Positions 31,297 to 42,129 of a DNA stretch of 64,000 nucleotides are shown one piece after another. The stretch covers positions 4,893 through 68,892 of the forward strand of contig JARYLJ010000004.1 in NCBI GenBank assembly GCA_029907705.1. The letters run 5' to 3'. Each line of letters opens with the position of its first letter. The first letter of the stretch is position 1. Origin of the DNA: Methanomicrobiales archaeon. Lineage in GTDB: Archaea; Halobacteriota; Methanomicrobia; Methanomicrobiales; JACTUA01. Both the position numbers and the translations under genes were made by a program. The notes beneath the pieces were generated by a model, which was not told the origin of the DNA, made no database searches, and saw nothing but the letters and a program-made list of their open reading frames with translations.

Positions 31297-32097
31297 ATGA
31301 GCACAGTAACACTGGTAGCGAAAGCGAAACCCCAGCTCTTCCTCGAGATGGAGAGCGTCACACCCGATGCGTTTGCAGGAAAGAAGGCATCCGATATCGC
31401 TGAACTTCCGGTCTACGAGGGGAACACCACCCTCAGGCTGGCCGACTTCTTCGAGGTCAGGGGCGACGGAGGCACGACGGCGGCAGATACGAAGATCGTG
31501 ATCAAAGGGGACGCCACCCGCTTGAAGTACGTGGGTATGCGGATGACCGCAGGGGAGATCGAGGTCGAGGGGAGCATCGACCAGTACGTCGGCGCATGGA
31601 TGGAGGGCGGAAGGATCCATGTCCACGGGAATACGGATGCATTCACCGGTGTCGGCATGAAGGGCGGAGAGATACTCATCGACGGGAATGCCGGCAATTA
31701 CCTCGGTGCCGCCTACCGTGGAGACTGGCGGGGCATGCAGGGCGGCCGTATACACGTGAAGGGGAACGCGGGTAGCGATATCGGATACTACATGAACGGC
31801 GGTACGATCGTTGTCGAAGGCGATGTGGACGTGCATGTGGGCTCCCACATGGACGGCGGCCGAATCGTCATCAAGGGGAATGCAAAGAGCAAGGTCGGCG
31901 GACAGATGGTCACCGGCGAGATCTTCATCTTGGGCACTCTTGAGGTGATGATGCCCGGCTTCATCTACAGAAAGGACGTGGATATCGAGGTGGAGGGTGT
32001 AAACGGAAAGTTCGCACTCTTCGAGGGCGATACGGCAGAGCGCCACCCGAAGAAGAAGGGTCAGACGGTCTACGGAAGGCTATACCTCAAGGTCTGA
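31297..32097 (+). CDS. fwdC: Formylmethanofuran dehydrogenase subunit C
   Basis: Repeated G..M.GG.I.V.G units; GAAYRGDWRGMQGG. Confidence 0.95.
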   Translation: MSTVTLVAKAKPQLFLEMESVTPDAFAGKKASDIAELPVYEGNTTLRLADFFEVRGDGGTTAADTKIVIKGDATRLKYVGMRMTAGEIEVEGSIDQYVGAWMEGGRIHVHGNTDAFTGVGMKGGEILIDGNAGNYLGAAYRGDWRGMQGGRIHVKGNAGSDIGYYMNGGTIVVEGDVDVHVGSHMDGGRIVIKGNAKSKVGGQMVTGEIFILGTLEVMMPGFIYRKDVDIEVEGVNGKFALFEGDTAERHPKKKGQTVYGRLYLKV

Positions 32098-32099
32098 CC

Positions 32100-32112
32100 A
32101 TCCATTTTTTTC
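32100..32112 (+). terminator. T-tract terminator after fwdC
   Basis: Oligo-T run immediately after the stop codon. Confidence 0.5.
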
Positions 32113-32289
32113 CTGAAGCGCGCAGACGACGATGATAATTTTATCATCATTTGATAACAATTAGTAATATTTTTATCATAATATGTAACACCCATGCCTC
32201 GCGCTAATCCAAAATATATGTAGTATTTCAAAGTTTCCTTTGCAGATATTTTTATTTAATTATTTTTATAAAAATACTATTCTAAATAG

Positions 32290-32307
32290 AATAGCAATAC
32301 TTATATG
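32290..32307 (+). promoter_or_regulatory. Probable mcr operon promoter (TATA box)
   Basis: aatagcaatacTTATATg in a very AT-rich intergenic region about 140 nt before mcrB; RBS ggagga at 32433. Confidence 0.55.
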
Positions 32308-32443
32308 GGGATATATGATATTATTCATTGTCCCAATGAGGGGACGTGCAGTAGTCATCGGCAGCCATCATCAGCGCACGTATAGTGCGCTTTATTCAGA
32401 AATCTGACCGCATTGTAGAGAAAATCAAATTTGGAGGAATAAA

Positions 32444-33748
32444 ATGGCGATATATAAAGAGACAGTTGACCTTTATGACGATGAGGGCAAGCTCCTCAAG
32501 AGCAAGGTCGCTCTCGAAAAGGTGAGCCCGCTGGTGAACCCGGCGATCAAGAAGATCATCGATCTCACGAAGAGGACGGTCGCGGTGAACCTCGCTGGCA
32601 TCGATGCCGGCCTGAAGCAGGGAGTCATGGGCAAGGGACAGATCCTGGGACGTGCCGTGAAGGCAGAAGTCCTGAAGGATGCAGACGACCTTGCCGCGAG
32701 GATCAAGACCCTCGTATCCGTGGAGGAGGGCGACGACACCAAGGTGACGAAGATCGCCGGTGGCAAGCTCCTGCTCGTCGAAGTGCCGAAGGCGAGGCTT
32801 GATGCAGCCTCTACATACGATGCGGCGTCCACGGCAGTCGCGTCAGCGACGACGCAGGCAATCCTAGAGAAGTACAAGGTCGACATGTTCGACGGTCCTG
32901 CGGTGAAGTCCGCGGTCTGGGGTGCGTACCCGCAGACGATGGACATGCAGGGCGGCAACATCATCACGATCCTCTCGATCCCGCAGAACAACGAGGGTCT
33001 CGGATACGCGCTGAGGAATATCAGCGCGAATATCGTGGCGATGATGACGCACAGGAACGCGATGCAGACCGCCGCTCTCTCGTGCACCTACGAACAGGCG
33101 GGAGAGTTCGAGATGGGCATGGCGATCGGTCCGTTCGAGCGCGCCCAGCTGCTCGGCTATGCGTTCCAGGGCCTCAACGCGAACAACATGGTATACGACC
33201 TCGTGAAGGCGAACGGCAAGACGGGAACCATCGGTACCGTCGTCCACAGTGTCGTGGAGCGTGCACTCGAGGACAAGGTCATCAAGCCCGGCAAGAAGGG
33301 CGGATACTTTACCTTCTACGAGACGAAGGACCCGATGATGTGGAACGCCTATGCGGCGGCAGGCACGATGGCAGCGACGATGGTGAACTGCGGTGCCGGC
33401 AGGTTCGCACAGGCGGTATCTTCGACACTGCTGTACTTCAACGATATCCTCGAGCACGAGACCGGCCTGCCTGGCTGCGACTACGGGCGCGTGATGGGTA
33501 CGGCGGTCGGGTTCTCGTTCTTCAGCCACTCGATCTATGGCGGCGGTGGGCCGGGTGTCTTCAACGGCAACCATATCGTGACCAGGCATTCCGCCGGGTT
33601 CGCGATCCCGTGCGTCTGCGTCGCATGCGCACTCGATGGTGGCACCCAGATGTTCGGACCAGAGCAGACCGCAAAGGTCTACCAGGACACGTTCGGACAG
33701 ATAGACGAGTTCGCCAAGCCGATACAGGCGATCGCAAAGGGCGTCTGA
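32444..33748 (+). CDS. mcrB: Methyl-coenzyme M reductase beta subunit
   Basis: DLYDD.G, WGAYPQT, GYALRNI, AFQGLNANN, SFFSHSIYGGGGPG.FNGNH.VTRHS. Confidence 0.99.
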   Translation: MAIYKETVDLYDDEGKLLKSKVALEKVSPLVNPAIKKIIDLTKRTVAVNLAGIDAGLKQGVMGKGQILGRAVKAEVLKDADDLAARIKTLVSVEEGDDTKVTKIAGGKLLLVEVPKARLDAASTYDAASTAVASATTQAILEKYKVDMFDGPAVKSAVWGAYPQTMDMQGGNIITILSIPQNNEGLGYALRNISANIVAMMTHRNAMQTAALSCTYEQAGEFEMGMAIGPFERAQLLGYAFQGLNANNMVYDLVKANGKTGTIGTVVHSVVERALEDKVIKPGKKGGYFTFYETKDPMMWNAYAAAGTMAATMVNCGAGRFAQAVSSTLLYFNDILEHETGLPGCDYGRVMGTAVGFSFFSHSIYGGGGPGVFNGNHIVTRHSAGFAIPCVCVACALDGGTQMFGPEQTAKVYQDTFGQIDEFAKPIQAIAKGV

Positions 33749-33763
33749 AGTCGTGAATACTGA

Positions 33764-34234
33764 ATGACAGAAGCCGAATATCCCCAGGTCAGAATCGTCC
33801 CCGAGCGCCTGCTCTTTCCGATTACAGTGGAACGTCTCCTCACCGCCATCGTGGCGACAGGCGGAGTGAGGCGGATGAGCCTGAACGGCCCCCGCCTTCC
33901 TGCCGTCGTCCCCTATGGTCCGGCGAGGGGAGTCGAGAATCCACATTATGCCAGAAGGAAGATCAGGGTGGGGGACCAGGATGTCCTCCTCGAGGTGCAG
34001 GTGGGGACGGTGGTACTGGAGCTGGAGGATGCATCCTATATCCCCAGGATCAGGGAGGCCTGTGAGAGTGTCTTTACCGAGTTCCCGTTCACGATACAGG
34101 AGGGGCGGTTCATGAAGACAAGGATGACCGTCACCGACTATGCGAAGTACGGGCCCGATATGGATAAAGACCTGCTGGGTCTGACCGAACCTGGAAAGAA
34201 GGGCAGATTGATCATCATACAAGGAGGCAAGTGA
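33764..34234 (+). CDS. mcrD: Methyl-coenzyme M reductase operon protein D
   Basis: PERLL, GPRLP..VPYGPARG, TVTDYAKYG. Confidence 0.96.
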   Translation: MTEAEYPQVRIVPERLLFPITVERLLTAIVATGGVRRMSLNGPRLPAVVPYGPARGVENPHYARRKIRVGDQDVLLEVQVGTVVLELEDASYIPRIREACESVFTEFPFTIQEGRFMKTRMTVTDYAKYGPDMDKDLLGLTEPGKKGRLIIIQGGK

Positions 34235-34235
34235 G

Positions 34236-34865
34236 TTGCCGATCGGGAGAGTCACCCAGGTGGTGGACTGCCGGGAGAGCATGGGCATGGGCAAGGGCGG
34301 TGGAATTGCCCAGCGGGGCACCATCTCCGAGTGCCGGTACCCTGACGTGATCGTGGTGGGCATGTCCCCGGGAAGGAGGCATGTGACCAAGCCTGTGTGC
34401 GATATCACGTCAGCACTGCGGAGGCAGGGGGTGGAGTTCTCTGTCAGCACGCTCGTGCTCAATGCAGGAAGCGGGCTCCCGCCCGATACGCCGCGCATCG
34501 GCGGGGCGGTGCTCGGGGCCTATTTCGGGCTCACCGAGAAGGAGATCCGGCAGATCGAACAGCACAAGGTGGCGATCCTGCATCATGGCAACGTACGCTC
34601 GCATGTAGTACACAAGGTGAGGTTCATCCTGGAGCACTGCGACATCCCTGCGGTGGTCGTCTCTCAGGCCCCGGTGGACTACGAGGACTTCGCGAAAGAA
34701 GGCGTGAAGACCGCATATGTGATGCCACCTCCGGAGAAGGTAAAGACGAAGGGGATCGTGATGGAGATCGTCTCCGGTGTCACCCGGGGGCAGACACCCA
34801 CGCGAGGTAATCTGGCCGATGTCATTCGGGCAGTCATGAAGGTAATGAAAACTCCAAGAAGTTGA
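34236..34865 (+). CDS. mcrC: Methyl-coenzyme M reductase operon protein C
   Basis: VVDCRESMGMGKGGGIAQRGT, SPGRRH.TKPVCDIT, GVTRG. Confidence 0.97.
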   Translation: MPIGRVTQVVDCRESMGMGKGGGIAQRGTISECRYPDVIVVGMSPGRRHVTKPVCDITSALRRQGVEFSVSTLVLNAGSGLPPDTPRIGGAVLGAYFGLTEKEIRQIEQHKVAILHHGNVRSHVVHKVRFILEHCDIPAVVVSQAPVDYEDFAKEGVKTAYVMPPPEKVKTKGIVMEIVSGVTRGQTPTRGNLADVIRAVMKVMKTPRS

Positions 34866-34877
34866 GGTGATAGAAGA

Positions 34878-35642
34878 ATGGCTTACAAGCCCCAGTTCGG
34901 GCCGGGAACATCCAGTGTAGCCGAGAACCGGCGCAAGCAGATGAACCCGGGATACAAGCTTAAGAAGATGCGCGACATCTCGGACGAGGAGGTTGTGCTC
35001 CTGATGGGCCACCGTGCCCCCGGTGCCGCATATCCCACGGCGCACCCACCGCTCGCAGAAGCGGGCGAGCCGAAGTGCCCGGTGAGGAAACTCGTCACAC
35101 CATTGGATGGTGCAAAGGCAGGGGACCGCGTACGCTATATCCAGTTTGCGGATTCGATGTGGTTCGCCCCGTGCCACCCATACCTGAGATCCTACCTGGA
35201 AGCGATCCGCTACCGCGGTGTCGATCCGGGTACACTCTCGGGGCGTCAGATCGTGGAGTGCCGCGAGCGCGACCTCGAAAAGATTGCAAAGGAACTTGTC
35301 GAGTCCGAGATCTTCGATGCAGGAAGAACCGGCATCCGTGGCGCGACCGTGCATGGGCACTCGCTCCGTCTGGACGAGAACGGGATGATGTTCGACATGC
35401 TCGCGAGGTATGTCTACGACCCGAAGGCAAAGACCGTCAAGTACGTGAAGAACCAGATTGGCGAGCCGCTGGACAAACCGATCGATGTCGGAAAGTCAGG
35501 GGACGACAAGTGGCTCAAGGCGAACACGACGATCTTCAACTCCAACGGCGGCGTCGCATTCCGCTCGGACACGGAGTATGTCGAGTGGGTCCAGCGCGTG
35601 CACTCGCTGAGGACAAAGTACGGCTTCATGCCGATGGAGTGA
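34878..35642 (+). CDS. mcrG: Methyl-coenzyme M reductase gamma subunit
   Basis: GHRAPG..Y...HPPL, GDRVRYIQF.DS, GTLSGRQ..E.RERDLE, RGATVHGHSLRL. Confidence 0.99.
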   Translation: MAYKPQFGPGTSSVAENRRKQMNPGYKLKKMRDISDEEVVLLMGHRAPGAAYPTAHPPLAEAGEPKCPVRKLVTPLDGAKAGDRVRYIQFADSMWFAPCHPYLRSYLEAIRYRGVDPGTLSGRQIVECRERDLEKIAKELVESEIFDAGRTGIRGATVHGHSLRLDENGMMFDMLARYVYDPKAKTVKYVKNQIGEPLDKPIDVGKSGDDKWLKANTTIFNSNGGVAFRSDTEYVEWVQRVHSLRTKYGFMPME

Positions 35643-35654
35643 GGTGATTTAAGA

Positions 35655-37358
35655 ATGGCGAAGATTGAGAGAGCCCAGAAGTTATTCCTGAAATCCCTGA
35701 AGGAGAAGTTCGCAGGGCAGGACATCACGGCCGGAAGGACTGTCTACGAGAGGAAGGGTCTCGCCCAGTCGGCACGCAAGATGGAGTTCGTGAAGGCAGG
35801 CAAGGCCGTGGCAATGGCACGTGGCATCTCCGCCTACGACCCCGTAAGGTGCCACCTCGGCGGTATCCCCCTCGGGCAGAGGCAGCTGACCGCCTACGAG
35901 GTATCGGGCACGGGCGTATTCGTGGAGGGCGACGACCTGCACTTCGTGAACAACGCAGCGATGCAGCAGATGTGGGATGACATCAGGAGGACGGTCATCG
36001 TCTCCATGGACCTCGCACACCAGACCCTGCAGAAGCGTCTGGGTAAGGAGGTCACCCCCGAGACGATCAACGAGTTCCTGCATGTGCTGAACCACGCGAT
36101 GCCTGGTGCAGCGGTCGTCCAGGAGCACATGGTCGAGACGCACCCTGCACTGACCGACGACTGTTACGTGAAGGTCTTCACGGGCGACGACGAGATGGCG
36201 GACTCCATCGAGCCGCAGTTCCTGATCAACGTGAACAAGCTCTTCCCTGCGAAGCAGGCGGAGCAGCTGAAGGCGGCCGTGGGCAAGTCCCTCTGGCAGG
36301 CGATCCACATCCCGACGATCGTATCGCGCACCTGCGATGGAGGCACGACCTCCCGGTGGTCTGCGATGCAGCTCGGCATGTCCTATATCGCCTCCTATCA
36401 CATGTGCGCCGGTGAGGCGGCTGTCGCCGACCTCGCGTTCGCGGCGAAGCACGCCGGCCTGATCGAGATGGCGACCCTCCTGCCTGCACGCCGTGCACGC
36501 GGCCCGAACGAGCCTGGTGGACTGAAGTTCGGTGCATTCGCCGACATGATCCAGACGGATAGGAAATACCCGCACGACCCGGCGAAGGCCTCGCTGGAGG
36601 TCGTGGGCGCTGGCACGATGCTCTTCGACCAGATCTGGCTCGGCTCCTACATGTCCGGTGGTGTGGGATTCACGCAGTACGCGACCGCCGCCTACACGGA
36701 CAACATCCTGGATGACTTTACGTACTACGGTATGGACTTGATCAAGGAGAAGTACAAGGTCGACTGGCGGAACCCGAACCCGAAGGACAAGGTGAAGGCG
36801 ACGCAGGAGGTCCTGAACGAGATCGCGACCGAGGTCGCCCTGAACGCGATGGAGAACTACGAGCAGTACCCGACGGCGCTCGAGGACCACTTCGGCGGTT
36901 CGCAGCGTGCATCGGTCATTGCCGCATGCACGGGTCTCACCGGCGCGATTGCCACAGGGAACTCGAACGCAGGGCTGAATGCCTGGTATCTCGCGATGCT
37001 CCTGCACAAGGAAGGCTGGTCCAGGCTCGGGTTCTTCGGATACGACCTGCAGGACCAGTGCGGGTCCGCGAACTCGCTCGCCATCCGTCCCGACGAGGGC
37101 TGCATCGGCGAGCTGCGTGGCGCGAACTACCCGAACTATGCGATGAACGTGGGTCACCAGGGAGAGTATGCGGCCATCTGCGGTGCCGCCCACTATGGAC
37201 GCGGCGACGCATGGTCGTACGACCCCAGGATCAAGATCTGCTTCGCAGACCCCGCACTCAAGTTCGACTTCGCCGAGCCGCGCCGCGAGTTCGCACGCGG
37301 TGCGATCCGCGAGTTCATTCCCGCAGGCGAGCGCTCGCTCATCATCCCTGCCAGGTAA
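35655..37358 (+). CDS. mcrA: Methyl-coenzyme M reductase alpha subunit
   Basis: [64 protein letters not shown]. Confidence 0.99.
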   Translation: MAKIERAQKLFLKSLKEKFAGQDITAGRTVYERKGLAQSARKMEFVKAGKAVAMARGISAYDPVRCHLGGIPLGQRQLTAYEVSGTGVFVEGDDLHFVNNAAMQQMWDDIRRTVIVSMDLAHQTLQKRLGKEVTPETINEFLHVLNHAMPGAAVVQEHMVETHPALTDDCYVKVFTGDDEMADSIEPQFLINVNKLFPAKQAEQLKAAVGKSLWQAIHIPTIVSRTCDGGTTSRWSAMQLGMSYIASYHMCAGEAAVADLAFAAKHAGLIEMATLLPARRARGPNEPGGLKFGAFADMIQTDRKYPHDPAKASLEVVGAGTMLFDQIWLGSYMSGGVGFTQYATAAYTDNILDDFTYYGMDLIKEKYKVDWRNPNPKDKVKATQEVLNEIATEVALNAMENYEQYPTALEDHFGGSQRASVIAACTGLTGAIATGNSNAGLNAWYLAMLLHKEGWSRLGFFGYDLQDQCGSANSLAIRPDEGCIGELRGANYPNYAMNVGHQGEYAAICGAAHYGRGDAWSYDPRIKICFADPALKFDFAEPRREFARGAIREFIPAGERSLIIPAR

Positions 37359-37368
37359 AACCAATCAC

Positions 37369-37380
37369 AACCTTTTTTAA
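37369..37380 (+). terminator. T-tract terminator after mcrA
   Basis: aaccTTTTTTaa just downstream of the stop. Confidence 0.55.
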
Positions 37381-37821
37381 ATTACGTTTGAAACTTGGAT
37401 GTTTCTTCAGAGTGTTTTACCCTGAAAAGAGAGCGTTATCCCTTTCTCACATATCTCGAGGATCGTTGACCATTGATTCCCGGGGCCGATGAAGGTCATT
37501 CCTCCGGGATTAAGAAAACCGCGTCTTTCGAGGATAATCAGAAAATGGCATGTATCGATGCTTGATAAAAATTATCGCGTTGATGGAGCGGCTCTTTGGT
37601 GTTGTGAGGTATCGATGGGCGCTATGATTGGGCTTTGCCCTCACCGCTTCGGTGCCCCTGCATGCGATTCCACCTCGTCGATATACTCTACGAGATGGAT
37701 AAGAGAACGCGTCCTGTTGCTGAACACTCCCGTGAGCCGTTTATTCTCATGACTGCATTATCGTGACAATCGCTCGCGACGGTCCCTACAGACAGGGTTC
37801 GCCTTCTCTCCATCACGTGGC

Positions 37822-38702
37822 TCATGCGTCTTTTGCCTTCTTCAGCGTCCCCACGATCTCCCTGACGATCTGTTCGATGGCCTTCCTTGCGAAAGATTCC
37901 GCATGAGAAAGGATGTACGGCCTGCCCTCGCCCCCTACTTTCACCATATCCGGATCCATCGGTATCTCGCCCAGGTATGGGACATGCAGCACCTCCGCCG
38001 CCTTTTTACCTCCGCCCTTTCTAAATACCTCAATTTTCTTTCCGCAATGCGGGCAGATCATCCCGCTCATATTCTCGATGATCCCGAGCACTGGCACTTC
38101 CATCTTTTCCACGAAGCGGACGGCCTTCGATACATCCAGCACCGCCACTTCCTGCGGTGTGGTGACGATCACCGCCCCCCGCACATTTGGTGCGAGCTGT
38201 ATGATGGAGAGCGCCTCGTCACCCGTGCCCGGTGGGAGGTCGACGATCATGTAATCGAGGGGACCCTAGTCCACCTCTTCAAGGAACTGACAGATTGCGG
38301 TCATCTTCATCGGGCCCCTCCAGATTACCAGGGTATCCCTGTCAGGGAGGAGGAACGCCATCGAGATCACGGAGAGGTCGCCGGATATCGGGAACGGCTG
38401 AATTCTTTTACCGAGTACCTGAAGGCTCTTTCCCTCGATGCCGAGCATCTTCGCCACATTCGGACCATGGATATCCAGGTCGAGGAGCCCCGTTCGATAG
38501 CCCTGCGAGGCGAGTTCCATCGCGAGATTCACCGCCACGGTGGTCTTCCCCACACCTCCCTTTCCCGAGAGCACGAGGATGATGTTCTCGACATCGATAT
38601 CCACCTTCGGGGGAGTCCTCGCCCCTGCGGCTTTGACGCCTGCAATGGATTCCGATCCAACTTCTCTTTAGTATTTCCAGTCTCTCTCTTCTCTTCTGTC
38701 AT
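37822..38702 (-). pseudogene. mrp: Mrp/Nbp35 (ApbC) Fe-S carrier ATPase, disrupted
   Basis: SGKGGVGKT, DLDIHGPN, WRGPMK, DLPPGTGDE, ENMS..ICPHC. In-frame TAG at 38266-38268 replaces the conserved Trp (VDWG); frameshift in a C run near 38610. Confidence 0.85.
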
Positions 38703-38720
38703 ATTTCCGCCCATCTCCTT

Positions 38721-40377
38721 TCAGTATGCCTTCACCTTCACATCGATGCTGCCCCTCTCCCTCTCATCCGGGGTGAGCGATGCAATGACCTCCTTCGGAG
38801 GACCTATCTCCACGAGTCTGCCCCCACGCATGAGCGCAACCCTGTCGCAGGTCTCGCGCACGAAATCGAGATCGTGGGAGACGATGATGAAGGTCTCCTC
38901 CATCTCCTGCCGCGCATTCAGGATCAAGTGTTTCACATCCTGCTTCGTGATCGGATCCATCGTCCCCGTGGGTTCGTCCAGTACCACCAGGCGGGGCTCC
39001 CGGATCAGCACCTGTTAGAGCGCGACACGGTGCCGCTCCCCCTCGCTCATTTCCGCCGGGTGTTTGGGAAGTATCGCCTCCAGTCTGTTCGCCGTAAAGC
39101 CGGCCATGCTCAGGCTTATCCTCGCCTTGTGCGCCGCCAGCTCCTTCGGGAACTCCAGACCGATCGCATCCGTCAGGTTGTCGAGTACGGTCCTGTGCGG
39201 ATACAGGTCGTATTCCTGATGCAGGAGTCCGATATACCCAATCGCACGCCCGCGCTCTTCGATGCCCGGTTTTGTCATGTCGACCCATTCGTCTCCCACG
39301 CGGAAGTTCACCTCCCCGCTCGTCGGTGTGATGATGCCCGAAATGATGCGGGAGAGCGTCGTTTTTCCTGCCCCGCTCACACCGATGATCCCGAGTATCT
39401 CACGCTCTTTCACCTCGAAAGAGATGGAATTCACCGCTCTCACGACACCCCGGTCGACCGTCAGTTACTTCTTCTCCACATCTCGGGCAATGAGTATCGG
39501 TGCCCCGTGCACGAACTTGCAGGTGTCGCCCTCCTCGTGATACTGATTCAGAAAGGTGCCGACCACCTCATCCGGCGGGCCATCCATGACGAGCGAACCG
39601 TCCACGAGCAGCAGTGCCCGATCGGCCACCTCCTCGATCACATGGGAGCAGTGGGACGTGATCACCATCCCCATCCCCTGCGCCTGCACTGCTTCGATGA
39701 GCATGGAATGGACGAACATGTGCGGTATTCGGATCAAGTGTTCCTGTGGGTTCGTCCGCGAAGAGCATGATGGGCTCCCTCGCCTGCTGCCGGGCGAGCA
39801 CGACCCGCTGTTTCTCTCCGCCAGAGAGGTCTCTCGCGATATGCATCATGCGGTGCGTGAGGCGCACACGGTCCAGGAGATCGGCCGCGCGGTTGATCGC
39901 GTTATCCTGAGGGTATCCGGAGTCGTCGAGTGCCTTCAGAACATTCTCGATGACACGGTCGTTGCCATACAGGGCAAAGGTCCTCTGGAACATCATCGCC
40001 GTCCGATGCATCACCCTGTCCCTCCAGAACTCATCGCCGTTCCAGAGATCGATGTCCCTGTGGATCAGCATCTTCTGGCACACAGGACAGGACCTGCCCT
40101 CGCCGCCGGGGAGCGCCACGTGTCCACATGAATCACAGCATGCGAGGTGATACACAATCCTGCCGCTGCTCGGTGGGTGTTCGATCCCGCGGAGCAGGTG
40201 CATCAGTATCGTCTTTCCCGCACCGCTCCTGCCAATGATCCCGAGGATCTCGCCCTCCAGAATCCTGAATGAGACATCGTCCAGGACTTTTGAACCATCG
40301 AATTCCATGGATACACAATCCACAGTGAGGATGGCCGGTCCTTTCGAACCACCTTCGCTGTGTTGGATTTTATCCAT
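38721..40377 (-). pseudogene. atwA: Methyl-coenzyme M reductase system component A2 (dual ABC ATPase), disrupted
   Basis: GRSGAGKT, CDSCG..CPVC insert, [26 protein letters not shown], second NBD GVSGAGKTT, HQEYDLYPHR, DEPTGTMDPITK. Frameshift near 39720; in-frame TAA at 39465-39467 and 39015-39017. Confidence 0.9.
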
Positions 40378-40440
40378 TTAATGATTCCTCGATGCATTTT
40401 TGTTTATGCGGGTTTGTGATATTCAAGAACCGGATATAAT

Positions 40441-40460
40441 ATTACTCATATGAGCATAAT
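40441..40460. promoter_or_regulatory. Palindromic candidate operator upstream of the atwA/mrp pseudo-operon
   Basis: atta-CTCATATGAG-cataat, 64 nt upstream of the atwA start. Confidence 0.5.
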
Positions 40461-41365
40461 CACTTAATGATAACGAAATAATTTTACCTTCATGTAATGG
40501 TATGGGGGGATTCTGACGATTCTGTCCTTTACACCGGATTGAACAATCTCGAAGAAAATTCAGAGTATCATCGGATCGATGAAGCAGCGAATTTTTCCGT
40601 CTGAAGAAATTAGGGATATTGTTCAGTACTCACCATGAAAAAAAAGGATATTTCGATACTCGATAATGAAAATCGCTTTAATTTTCGTCTTTTTTAATAT
40701 AAACGACCAGAGGCAAACACTCCAGCGACTGTTCTCAGTTCCGACGCCGTTGCCACGGCACCATCTTTATCATGATGCCTTTTCATTTTATTTCGCGGAG
40801 CTCCGTCTTTCTTCTCGTCACGCGCTTGCGACAAAGGGCAGAGCTGATGCTCACCCGAGTGGAATCGCTCTGGATGCGACGGTGACAAACGCTCCCTGGA
40901 TACATCTCCCCTTCATCCACCATGCTGTAATCTCCTGCCGAAAGGATCGAATCGTTATCGCGAGATCCGTTGCATCGCGGGCATCTCCGTGATGCACTAT
41001 GATTCGAACCGTGACAGCCATCGTATTCGGTCGAGAGTGAAGATGAAAGTACCTCGATGGGCAAAGAGGGGTTGGAGAGGATTATGCGGTAGCGCGGTGC
41101 AGAGTGATTGGGTTCTGAATTGAAAAAAGCATCACAGGGCAGAATGGCCGCATGTAGTCATCGGTGAGGCAGTCACTCCTGCACTTCCGAATGTGTGTCC
41201 GGGTCTCACGTGCATCAAATCTCCGACCTGTCACCGCATCCTCATTCGACGCCTGGCCCTGACACCCCGAAGCTGCCATGGATCGGGGGAGTCCGATGGA
41301 TCCGGTTTTTTACAGGTGAGGGGAGGCGGAATTTCGGCCTATCGAAGGAGCTCCTGCCGGCCCCT

Positions 41366-41746
41366 TCACCTGCAGAACCTTCCTTTTGCTGTATTCGGCG
41401 TGTTTGCATCGAATTTCGGGCACTCCACGTCATTTTCGAAGGAACAGCCTCTCATTTCGATGTTCTTCCCATGGATGAGCGCATCCGCAATCTTCCTCCT
41501 CACTTCGTGGAGGTCTCTCCATACCGTACGTCTTGAAACCCCGAGCAGGTTTGCCGCTTCTTCCTGCTCCATCCCCTCCAGATCCACCAGCCTGAGGAGT
41601 TCCAGCTCCTCCGGCAACAGAGTCACTGACTCGGATGAATCCGAGAAGTGGCATTGGGGGCCGAAACACCGAAAGGGGCCTTTTCCGCGAATAATTCTCG
41701 GAACTCGCGGCCTCCCTCTCGACACCCCGCGCTCTTCCTCCATCAT
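41366..41746 (-). CDS. DUF134/UPF0251 HTH DNA-binding protein
   Basis: GRPR..R, F.P, EELE.LRLVD.EG.EQEEAA..LGVSR.T, RRKIADAL..GK. Confidence 0.9.
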   Translation of the reverse strand: MMEEERGVSRGRPRVPRIIRGKGPFRCFGPQCHFSDSSESVTLLPEELELLRLVDLEGMEQEEAANLLGVSRRTVWRDLHEVRRKIADALIHGKNIEMRGCSFENDVECPKFDANTPNTAKGRFCR

Positions 41747-41833
41747 CTCCTGTATTCTTTATCGGATATTATGAAATATGCTTCTTCGGCTGCCGCCTCA
41801 TCCCGAACCCCCTTCTCTCGAAGACGGGCGTGC

Positions 41834-41871
41834 ACTTGGAACAAATACTTGGAACAAATATGCGAACATAT
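41834..41871. repeat. 13-bp tandem direct repeat plus a degenerate third copy
   Basis: ACTTGGAACAAAT at 41834-41846 and 41847-41859, then ATGCGAACATAT; upstream of the DUF134 gene. Confidence 0.7.
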
Positions 41872-42129
41872 GTACCGTGAATAAACGGTATGCACAAGCG
41901 ATAACGCCACCGGCGATCGATCGCGGGTAATACATCATCGCCATATCTGTCTTCAGGCTTTTATTGATGGCGAAGCCCGACTCCGCAGATCTTTAATGCA
42001 CCACTCCTTTGTCGGCTCAATTGCAGGACGAGACCGTGCATCTCCATCAGGCATGCCCGCCGGTCCATGAACTCATGGGACGGGTGGATATTTTTTCCAC
42101 GATTCCACTGCAAATCGCACGTGGCTGCA

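Noticed and set aside
38266-38268. Pyrrolysine read-through of the in-frame TAG in mrp
   Set aside because: The codon replaces a conserved Trp (TGG->TAG), the gene also has a frameshift, the neighbouring gene has TAA stops, and no pyl genes are in the window.
40851-41021. 56-codon minus-strand ORF (MAVTVRIIVHHGDARD..) faintly like a NikR C-terminus
   Set aside because: Similarity is too short and the Ni-binding His/Cys pattern is absent.
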